A DNA stretch of 64,000 nucleotides from an uncultured Candidatus Saccharibacteria bacterium. GTDB lineage: Bacteria > Patescibacteriota > Minisyncoccia > UBA6257 > Colwellbacteraceae. Location: contig CAZXPC010000002.1 in NCBI GenBank assembly GCA_964643135.1, positions 73,049 through 137,048 of the forward strand. The letters are read 5' to 3'. This document shows positions 56,672-64,000 of the stretch, one piece after another (the stretch's first letter is position 1; every line of letters starts with the position of its first letter). The notes beneath the pieces are model-generated. The model searched no databases, was not told the origin of the DNA, and worked only from the letters and a program-made list of their open reading frames with translations. A program made the position numbers and the translations under genes.

Positions 56672-57349
56672 ATGATAAATTTTCAGAACGTTTCTAAAAA
56701 TTATGGCCCGGAAGAATCACTGAGAGACGTCAGCTTCCACGTTGATCCGCGGGAATTTGTTTCGATTGTGGGCCGTTCGGGCGCGGGCAAGTCGACCATC
56801 ATCAAGCTCTTAATCGGCGAAGAAAAGCCGTCGAAGGGCCGGATTACTTTTGGCCAGTATGATGTTAATAAGCTGAAGAGCCACGACCTGCCGAGGCTGC
56901 GCCGTCATATCGGGATTGTTTTCCAGGATTTTAAATTATTGCCGACCAAAAATGTTTATGAAAATATTGCTTTTGCTTTGGAAGTGGCCGGCAAGCCGGA
57001 ACCGGAAATTAGGGAACTGGTTAAAGAAGTGCTGGACCTGGTCGGCATTGCCGATAAAGAAAAGCATTTTATCCACCAGCTTTCGGGCGGGGAAAAGCAG
57101 AGGGTGGCGATTGCGCGCGCGATGGTCAACCGTCCCGACGTTGTGATCGCCGACGAGCCGACCGGAAATTTAGACCCGATGAACACGATGGGCATTTTGA
57201 ACCTCCTCACCAAAATTAATGAGATGGGCACGACGATCATCTTGGCGACTCACAGCAAGGATATGGTGAACCAATTGCGCAAGCGCGTGATTGTGATCGA
57301 GGACGGACGGCTCATTAAGGATGAGGAAAATAGTAAATATCAGCTATAA
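56672..57349 (+). CDS. ftsE: Cell division ABC ATPase FtsE
   Basis: GRSGAGKST, '[11 protein letters not shown]', [17 protein letters not shown]. Confidence 0.95.
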   Translation: MINFQNVSKNYGPEESLRDVSFHVDPREFVSIVGRSGAGKSTIIKLLIGEEKPSKGRITFGQYDVNKLKSHDLPRLRRHIGIVFQDFKLLPTKNVYENIAFALEVAGKPEPEIRELVKEVLDLVGIADKEKHFIHQLSGGEKQRVAIARAMVNRPDVVIADEPTGNLDPMNTMGILNLLTKINEMGTTIILATHSKDMVNQLRKRVIVIEDGRLIKDEENSKYQL

Positions 57350-57352
57350 AAT

Positions 57353-58267
57353 ATGGTTACCGCTTTATACCGCATAATTAAATATGGATTGAAGAATTTC
57401 TGGCGGCAAAGGCTGATTTCTTTAGCGACATTGACGATTATTTTGCTGGCCGTTTTTGTTTTGCAGGGACTCCTGATTTTTAATGCGGTGGCGAACAAGC
57501 TGCTCGCGACGATCGAAGATAAGATCGACATCAGCGTTTACTTTAATACCAATGCGCCGGAAGATCAGATCTTGAATCTCAAGAAAAGTTTGGAAGGATT
57601 AAGCGAGGTTAAGAATGTTGAATACGTTTCCCGCCAGCAGGCGCTCGATACCTTTAAAGCCAATCACGCTAACGACAAAGATGGCAATATTGTGAAAGCG
57701 ATTGACCAACTGGGCGACAACCCCTTGCCGGCCTCGCTCAATATCAAGGCCAATGACCCGACTAAATATGCCGATATCGCGACTCACCTGACTGGAGATG
57801 CGCTCAGTAGTATCGTGAGCGAAGTCAGCTACAGCCAGAACCAGACAGTGATCGACAAGCTCGCTTCGATAATTGATGTGAGCAAAAAAGGCGGCATACT
57901 TTTGACGATTGTGCTTTCGCTGGTGGCTATGATCGTATCTTTCAACACGATTCTTTTGGCGATCTATTCGAACCGCGAAGAGATCGGGATAATGAGGCTC
58001 GTGGGCGCTTCGAACACATTTATCCGCGGGCCGTTTGTGGTCGAGGGCATCATTTACGGATTGGTAGCTTCAGTTTTGTGTATTGCCATAACTTTGCCGG
58101 TTATTTATTCGCTTTCGCCCTATCTCAAATTATTATCCAGCGATATCGATCTCTCAGCCTATTATGCCGCGAATATTTTCTCGCTTTTCGGCTACGAATT
58201 GCTGTTCGCCATCTCAATCGGGGTCGCCTCGAGCTTGGTCGCCATCAGAAAATACATCAAAATATAG
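57353..58267 (+). CDS. ftsX: Cell division permease FtsX
   Basis: 'NPLPAS','REEIGIMRLVGAS..FIRGPFVVEG'. Confidence 0.93.
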   Translation: MVTALYRIIKYGLKNFWRQRLISLATLTIILLAVFVLQGLLIFNAVANKLLATIEDKIDISVYFNTNAPEDQILNLKKSLEGLSEVKNVEYVSRQQALDTFKANHANDKDGNIVKAIDQLGDNPLPASLNIKANDPTKYADIATHLTGDALSSIVSEVSYSQNQTVIDKLASIIDVSKKGGILLTIVLSLVAMIVSFNTILLAIYSNREEIGIMRLVGASNTFIRGPFVVEGIIYGLVASVLCIAITLPVIYSLSPYLKLLSSDIDLSAYYAANIFSLFGYELLFAISIGVASSLVAIRKYIKI

Positions 58268-58270
58268 TTT

Positions 58271-58564
58271 ATGCTAAGCAGTATCAAGCCGCTTTCAAAC
58301 CATATTTTCCTTGAGGTCGCCGAAGAGGAGAAAAAGACTAAATCGGGAATTTATATTCCGGAAACTGCGTCGCAGGAGAAGCCGACAACGGGCACGGTGG
58401 TGGCAGCGGGTCCGGGGAAATATAACGACTCCGGCGAGATAGTGCCGATGACGGTTAAGGTCGGCGACAAGGTGCTCTTCAAGAAATACGGCATGGATGA
58501 AATTGAGATTAACGGCAAGAAATATCTGGTCGGCGACGAAGACGACGTACTGGCGATTCTCTAA
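58271..58564 (+). CDS. groES: Co-chaperonin GroES
   Basis: 'KPL','KTKSGIYIP','VVAAGPG','VKVGDKVLF'. Confidence 0.96.
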   Translation: MLSSIKPLSNHIFLEVAEEEKKTKSGIYIPETASQEKPTTGTVVAAGPGKYNDSGEIVPMTVKVGDKVLFKKYGMDEIEINGKKYLVGDEDDVLAIL

Positions 58565-58664
58565 CTCATAACACATAACTAATAACAAATAACAAAATGC
58601 AATTAAGAATAAAATTCAGAAACAAAAAGTCGTTATCAGTCATAAGTTATCAGTCATAAGTTAT
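58562..58664. repeat. Inverted heptamer arrays between groES and groEL, enclosing a 20-codon mini-ORF (58597-58659)
   Basis: TAACTCA TAACACA TAACTAA TAACAAA TAACAAA ... GTTATCA GTCATAA GTTATCA GTCATAA GTTAT. Confidence 0.78.
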
Positions 58665-58669
58665 TTATT

Positions 58670-60331
58670 ATGGCCAAGCAAATTTTGTTTAACGAAGCGG
58701 CGCGGGCGGCGATGAAAAAGGGCATCGATAAGCTGGCTAATGCAGTTATGATGACTTTGGGGCCTCGGGGCCGCGCGGTCGTGATTGAGAAAACTTACGG
58801 CGCGCCGCAGGTTACTTTTGACGGCGTTACGGTTGCTAAAGAAATTACACTGGAAGATAAATTTGAAAATCTCGGCGCCGAGCTTATTAAACAAGCGGCG
58901 GACAAGACCAATGACAACGTCGGCGACGGCACGACGACCTCGATTGTTCTAGCCCATGCGCTGATTAATGAAGGCGATCAGGCTATCAAAGAAAGGGGAT
59001 TTAACGTGATCCAGCTTGGGCGCGAACTTCATAAAGCTAGTGAGTCGGTCCTAAAAAGCCTGGAGAGCCAGAAAGAATTGATTAATGATAATAAAAAGAT
59101 CGAAGAAGTCGCGACCCTTTCGGCAAAGGATAAAAATATCGGCAAGCTGATTGCGGAAGTGATGGAGAAGATAGGCAAAGAGGGGGTGGTTACGATCGAA
59201 GACTCCAACACGATCGCGAATAGCTACGAGCTGGTTGAAGGCATGGAATTCGACCGAGGCTATATTTCTCAATACATGGTTTCCAACCCAGAACGCATGG
59301 AATCCTCGATCGATGACCCTTATATTCTCGTAACTGACAAAAAAATCTCTTCGATCAAGGAAATTTTGCCGATTTTGGAAAAGGTGATGGAGAGCGGCAA
59401 GAAAGACTTGGTTATTGTGGCCGAAGATCTTGACGGCGAAGCGCTGACGACCTTGGTTTTGAACAAGATTCGCGGCGTTTTCAATGTTTTGGCGGTTAAG
59501 GCGCCGGGTTTTGGCGACCGCCGCAAAGAAATGCTAGAAGACATCGCGGCTGTAACCGGCGCAGAATTCATTTCTGAAGATCTGGCTAAAAAACTTGAGA
59601 CGACTGATGTTGGCGCTCTCGGCCGAGCGCATCGCGTGGTTTCAACCAAAGATAAGACCATTATCGTTGGCGGCAAAGGAGATAAGAAAAATATTGAAGC
59701 CAGGATTTCCCAGATTAAAGCGCAAATCAAAAAGGCTGAATCCGATTTTGATAAGGAGAAGATGCAGGAAAGGTTGGGCAAACTGTCGGGCGGGGTGGCG
59801 GTAATTCGTGTCGGTGCGCCGACTGAATCGGCTCAAAAAGAATTGAAGCAAAGAGTGGAAGATGCGGTCTCGGCGACCCGCGCGGCCATGGAAGGCGGTA
59901 TTGTCCCGGGTGGCGGCATTGCGCTTTATAATGTCCGCTTGGAATTGGGCGAGGCGAAAGAAGAATATAAAACGGAGGCCGACGCAGCGAGAGCGATTTT
60001 GAAACGCGCTCTGGAAGCCCCGATTACGTCGATTGTGATGAATAGCGGCGAAAAGCCGGAGAAAGTTTTGGAAGAATTAAAGTCTAAAAAGATCGCCTTA
60101 AAGAGTTTGGAGGGAGTTTGGCTGGGATTCAATTCGGAACACAACAAAATAGATGACCTCAAGAAGGCGGGGATTATCGATCCGCTTAAAGTTGTGAAAG
60201 AGGCCTTGATGAATGCGCTTTCAGTGGCGACTAACTATTTAATGATCGGCGCCGCCGTGGCTAATATTCCGGAGAAGAAAGAAAATGCCTCAAATGCATC
60301 TGGCATGTCGGGCATGGGTGGGGAATTTTAA
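58670..60331 (+). CDS. groEL: Chaperonin GroEL
   Basis: 'TLGPRGR','GDGTTT','[10 protein letters not shown]','GIVPGGG', GM-rich tail. Confidence 0.98.
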   Translation: MAKQILFNEAARAAMKKGIDKLANAVMMTLGPRGRAVVIEKTYGAPQVTFDGVTVAKEITLEDKFENLGAELIKQAADKTNDNVGDGTTTSIVLAHALINEGDQAIKERGFNVIQLGRELHKASESVLKSLESQKELINDNKKIEEVATLSAKDKNIGKLIAEVMEKIGKEGVVTIEDSNTIANSYELVEGMEFDRGYISQYMVSNPERMESSIDDPYILVTDKKISSIKEILPILEKVMESGKKDLVIVAEDLDGEALTTLVLNKIRGVFNVLAVKAPGFGDRRKEMLEDIAAVTGAEFISEDLAKKLETTDVGALGRAHRVVSTKDKTIIVGGKGDKKNIEARISQIKAQIKKAESDFDKEKMQERLGKLSGGVAVIRVGAPTESAQKELKQRVEDAVSATRAAMEGGIVPGGGIALYNVRLELGEAKEEYKTEADAARAILKRALEAPITSIVMNSGEKPEKVLEELKSKKIALKSLEGVWLGFNSEHNKIDDLKKAGIIDPLKVVKEALMNALSVATNYLMIGAAVANIPEKKENASNASGMSGMGGEF

Positions 60332-60373
60332 TTTGTTTTTCAAATTTAGTGATATTTGTGATATAGTGGACTG

Positions 60374-60919
60374 ATGATTATATTAATTTTGGTTGTGTTT
60401 TTGTTGGCATGGGTCGCGTATGTTTTTAATTCTTTAGTTATTAAGAAAAATAGGGTTTCCAATGCGTGGTCGGATATCGATGTTCAGCTCAAAAGGAGAT
60501 ACGACCTTGTCCCCAACCTGGTAGAGACGGTCAAAGGTTATAAAAACCATGAGGCCTCGGTTTTGGAAAATGTTACCAAGGCCCGAACCAGCGCCATGAA
60601 TGCCGGAGGAGGCAGCTTAGCTCAGAAGGCGGAAGCGGAAAATATGCTTTCCGGTGCTTTGAAAACTCTTTTCGCGGTTACCGAGAATTATCCGGACCTC
60701 AAGGCCTCGGAGAGTTTCCAGAAACTTCAAGATTCATTATCTTCTTTGGAAGATGAAATACAATCCGCTCGCAGGTATTACAACGCGGCCGTCCGAGAAT
60801 TTAACAATGCCATACAGGTTTTCCCGGCTAACATGATTGCCGGACAGTTAGGTTTCAAGCCGGCAGAATTTTTCGGTGCAGCGGAAGAGGAGAAGGCAAC
60901 GCCGAAAGTTTCCTTTTAG
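60374..60919 (+). CDS. lemA: LemA family protein
   Basis: 'NAWSDIDVQLKRRYDLVPNLVETVKGY','ENYPDLKA','ARRYYN'. Confidence 0.95.
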   Translation: MIILILVVFLLAWVAYVFNSLVIKKNRVSNAWSDIDVQLKRRYDLVPNLVETVKGYKNHEASVLENVTKARTSAMNAGGGSLAQKAEAENMLSGALKTLFAVTENYPDLKASESFQKLQDSLSSLEDEIQSARRYYNAAVREFNNAIQVFPANMIAGQLGFKPAEFFGAAEEEKATPKVSF

Positions 60920-60923
60920 CTTT

Positions 60924-62744
60924 ATGTTCTCGCGAAAATTTTTATTTTATCTCATCTCGGGTCTGTCAGTTTTAGCCGTTTTTTTAAGCGTCTTTATCCC
61001 GAGAGCTTTGGCGGCGGACTACGGGGAGCGGATTGATTCTTTCGTCTCTAATATTGCTATTCATTCGGATGGTTTAGCGGTAGTGACGGAGAAACTTAAC
61101 TATAATTCTGGCTCTATCACGCGGCATGGAATTATAAGAGATATACCCTTTGGTAGTCACAATGGCCCGGATTTGAATCTTCGGGTCATCGGCGTCACGA
61201 GTGATTTCGGCTTAAAAGAAAATTATTTAACCTATTTAAGCGGTGATAATTTAGAGATAAAAATAGGTGATCCGAATATAACTTTCAACGGCCCCAGGTC
61301 TTATCAAATTGTCTACGAAGTCCGTAATGCCATTAGGCCGTTTACCGATCACGATGAATTCTACTGGAACGTTACTGGAAATGACTGGGATTTTCCTATT
61401 AACTCGGCTTCAGCCGTCATCTCGCTTCCGCCTGAGTTGAGCGGCCAGAATATTAAGATTAATTGTTTTACCGGGGTCCAGGGATCGTCCGACAAGAACT
61501 GCACAACGAAGAATCAGGGTAATATAGCGAGTGTTGTCGCATCGAATGTTTTGGATGCTGGGGAGGGCCTGACCGCGGCTGTCTCCTTCCCGACGGGTTA
61601 TATATCAACTAACGCGATAGCTTCGAATAGTGGTGATTATTCGGGAATTTCAGTTTCAGCCGGTCAGGGCTGGTTGTTTTTTATCGGCATCTTCGCCCTC
61701 TTCGGAATCATATTTGTTGTGGCGATAATAAAGCAGATCGTTCCCGCTCTATTCTATAAAAAGCCCAAACCGGTTGTCCCTTGGGCCTTAAGAGGTAAGC
61801 CGGTCGTGGTCGAATATACCCCGCCGGCTAACCTGCCGCCGATTGAAGTCGGGACGATCTTGGACCGGAAAGTCGACCTGACGGATATCTCCTCAGTCAT
61901 AGTGGATTTGGCGGTTAAGGGCTATCTTAAGATAAAATATATCAATAAAGAGATTCCATTTTGGCCTGACAAGAAAGATTACCAGCTAGTTAAGTTAAAA
62001 GATGGCGCCGATCTGGTTCACCCTGCCTATCAAATTATTTTCGACTACCTCTTCTCCGGCCGCGATGAGGTGACGCTGTCTGACCTAAAGAACAGCAGTT
62101 CCTATCAATCGGCTAAGCTGAAAGACCTGATCAAGGATACGCAAGACCATCTCCATGATGAGGGCTACCTGCCGATGACGAGCCAAAGCCTTAACGCAAT
62201 CAGAGTGGGGATGTCGATTGCAATCTTCTTCCTGCTTCAGCTCTCTCTTAGTTTTATCGCCGGGCCGATTTTTCCGCTCGTGATTATTATCGCCGTTGGC
62301 TCAATCGGTACGGTTAACAGGTATTTTTCTTCGAAATTAACACCGATGGGTTTGGATGTACTTTATAAGATTCTTGGTTTCAGGGATTTTCTCCGTCTCA
62401 CCGAAACTGACCGGTTGAAACTTTTGAACGCGCCGAAACTTGAGCCGCAGATTTTCGAAAAGTTTTTGCCCTATGCCATGGTCCTGGGTGTTGAGAACGA
62501 ATGGGCTAAGCAGTTCGAAGGCATTTATCAAGGTAGCCCGATCTGGTACGAAGACACGGTCAATCATAACTTAGCCTTCAACGCTCTTATTTTGAATAAC
62601 AGCCTCAACTCTTTCGGCAGCAGTTTTAATAAATCTTTTAGCGTGCCGGCTAACAAATATGGGAGCGGCTTTGGCGGCGGAGGCTTTGGCGGCGGAGGAT
62701 TTTCGGGCGGCGGCTCGGGCGGCGGCGGGGGACACGGCTGGTAG
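60924..62744 (+). CDS. DUF2207-family membrane protein
   Basis: 'HGIIRDIP','EFYWNVTGNDW.FPI','FEKFLPYAMVLGV', Gly-rich end GGGSGGGGGHGW; follows lemA; ATG 60924 preferred. Confidence 0.85.
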   Translation: MFSRKFLFYLISGLSVLAVFLSVFIPRALAADYGERIDSFVSNIAIHSDGLAVVTEKLNYNSGSITRHGIIRDIPFGSHNGPDLNLRVIGVTSDFGLKENYLTYLSGDNLEIKIGDPNITFNGPRSYQIVYEVRNAIRPFTDHDEFYWNVTGNDWDFPINSASAVISLPPELSGQNIKINCFTGVQGSSDKNCTTKNQGNIASVVASNVLDAGEGLTAAVSFPTGYISTNAIASNSGDYSGISVSAGQGWLFFIGIFALFGIIFVVAIIKQIVPALFYKKPKPVVPWALRGKPVVVEYTPPANLPPIEVGTILDRKVDLTDISSVIVDLAVKGYLKIKYINKEIPFWPDKKDYQLVKLKDGADLVHPAYQIIFDYLFSGRDEVTLSDLKNSSSYQSAKLKDLIKDTQDHLHDEGYLPMTSQSLNAIRVGMSIAIFFLLQLSLSFIAGPIFPLVIIIAVGSIGTVNRYFSSKLTPMGLDVLYKILGFRDFLRLTETDRLKLLNAPKLEPQIFEKFLPYAMVLGVENEWAKQFEGIYQGSPIWYEDTVNHNLAFNALILNNSLNSFGSSFNKSFSVPANKYGSGFGGGGFGGGGFSGGGSGGGGGHGW

Positions 62745-62798
62745 AGATTCATCAGCGCTCTTGCGGATTAATAATATTGGTTCTAATATACACAGCGC

Positions 62799-63485
62799 AT
62801 GAAAAATAAACTTGTGGTGGTCTCTTTGGGCGGCTCGATTGTCGCGCCTGACGGCATCGATGCTGATTTTCTAAAAAAGTTCAACCGCTTTATTCGCGGG
62901 TTCGTTAAAAGGGGTTATCAATTTGTGATTGTTGTTGGCGGGGGCAAAATTTGCCGCCACTATCAAGATGCCGCTTCGAAAGTTATGGGCAAAGTCTCAG
63001 ATGAAGACCAAGATTGGCTTGGCATTCACGCCACTCGTTTAAACGCTCAGCTGTTGCGGACGATTTTTAAAGATATCGCGAATCCGGTCTTATTCGATCA
63101 CGCCGGCCGTTTTCTGAAACTTGAATATCCGGTTACGATTGGCGCCGGCTGGAAGCCGGGCTGGTCGACTGATTACGTCACGTCAGCCATCGCAGTTGAG
63201 TTTGGCGCCAAGATTATTGTAAACGCGGGCAAGCCGACGCATGTTTTTGATAAAGATCCGCATGTGCATAAAGATGCTAAGCACTTCGGCGCTCTAAGCT
63301 GGAAGGATTACCGGAAATTCATACCTAAAAAGTGGTCGCCGGGGCTCTCGAGCCCGTTTGATCCGGTGGGCGCCAAGCTTTGTGAGAAGGAGGGGATTAG
63401 GGTCGCTATCATTAATGGCAAGGATCTAGAGAATTTCAAAAAGGTTATAGAAGGCAAAGACTTTGTCGGCACGATTATATCTTAA
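62799..63485 (+). CDS. pyrH: UMP kinase (archaeal-like type)
   Basis: 'VVSLGGS','VVGGGKICRHY','DWLGIHATRLNA','PGWSTD','PFDP'. Confidence 0.9.
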   Translation: MKNKLVVVSLGGSIVAPDGIDADFLKKFNRFIRGFVKRGYQFVIVVGGGKICRHYQDAASKVMGKVSDEDQDWLGIHATRLNAQLLRTIFKDIANPVLFDHAGRFLKLEYPVTIGAGWKPGWSTDYVTSAIAVEFGAKIIVNAGKPTHVFDKDPHVHKDAKHFGALSWKDYRKFIPKKWSPGLSSPFDPVGAKLCEKEGIRVAIINGKDLENFKKVIEGKDFVGTIIS

Positions 63486-63909
63486 TGCGGAGGGCAGTGG
63501 ACGATGTTAGAACCTATTGGCAGACTACTACGGAGAGGTTTTTCATACCAAGTTTATCAAACAGAGTATTCGTTTGAATAAAAAAAGCGTGAACTGGTCA
63601 CGCACCGCAAGAGCGGATTTATTTGAACGGATTGAATCGGTCAAGGAACTTGAGGAATCTTTCCAGCTTGTTACGAGGTCCGAAAGTTGGAACATTGTCC
63701 AGATGCCGGCTGGCTCCGCTCAAGGCTCTCGGACAGGCGAGCATTCGACAGTGGAGGTTATGGAATCCCTGCTGTGTTACACTCTCGTGGTTGTGGCAAA
63801 CCATATCGGTAATACCAGCTCCTCCACGATGTGGAGGACAAATCTTGTCTTGAGTCATTGTCACTCCACCCGGTAATATTGAAACACAAATATATTATTA
63901 CGTCAATTG

Positions 63910-63994
63910 CGGAGAGGGAGAGATTCGAACTCTCGATACCTTGCGGTATACAGTCTTTCCAGGACTGCCAATTAAACCACTCTTGCACCTCTCC
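63910..63994 (-). tRNA. tRNA-Ser(GGA)
   Basis: GGAGAGG/CCTCTCC acceptor, CAGTC-CTGGAAA-GACTG, long variable arm ATACC-GCAA-GGTAT, GTTCGAATC. Confidence 0.95.
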
Positions 63995-64000
63995 AGATAA

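Noticed and set aside
38799-58664. Heptamer arrays or palindromes as CRISPR arrays
   Set aside because: No 25-45-bp repeats with unique spacers and no cas genes.
60876-60923. Longer start for the DUF2207 gene
   Set aside because: Overlaps lemA; ATG 60924 gives a normal signal-like N-terminus.
63517-63876. 119-aa ORF after pyrH
   Set aside because: TTG start, no motif, several equally weak overlapping frames; cannot be supported.
1-64000. Alternative genetic code (UGA=Gly)
   Set aside because: Conserved genes such as smc and trmD end at TGA at the expected place, and RF2 is present.

Overview
Bacterial chromosome segment that looks like Patescibacteria (CPR, Parcubacteria-like). This is inferred from gene content and style: short EF-Ts, hinge-less SMC, DUF4012, archaeal-type PyrH and CPR-style pilins. 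It uses genetic code 11 (RF2 present, TGA stops). Housekeeping genes include rmuC, smc, rpsP-khpA-trmD, rpsB-tsf, rpmG, hpf, secA, lepA, prfB, ftsEX, groES/EL, lemA and pyrH, plus six tRNAs. A ~30 kb type IV pilus region (25.0-54.9 kb) holds pilO, a pilM-pilN fusion, a major pilin, an island of five paralogous GT-C-like membrane proteins with a methyltransferase and a GT2, pilB, pilC, a 2871-aa giant pilin-adhesin and PilV/W/X-like minor pilins. Most interesting observations: (1) A family of elements bounded by inverted heptamer arrays. One carries an Avd/IVP-like four-helix-bundle gene and sits between an AGGAGG and the pilB start codon; two 'empty' copies bridge the pilB/pilC and groES/groEL junctions. 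(2) An ORF-less group I intron in the anticodon loop of tRNA-Thr(GGU), abutted by a free-standing HTH+LAGLIDADG-like gene. (3) A ~190-bp structured element downstream of two different tRNA-Thr genes, carrying a direct and an inverted copy of its own host tRNA's 3' end. (4) Two further families of palindromic post-stop-codon elements. All calls come from reading the sequence; no searches were run.
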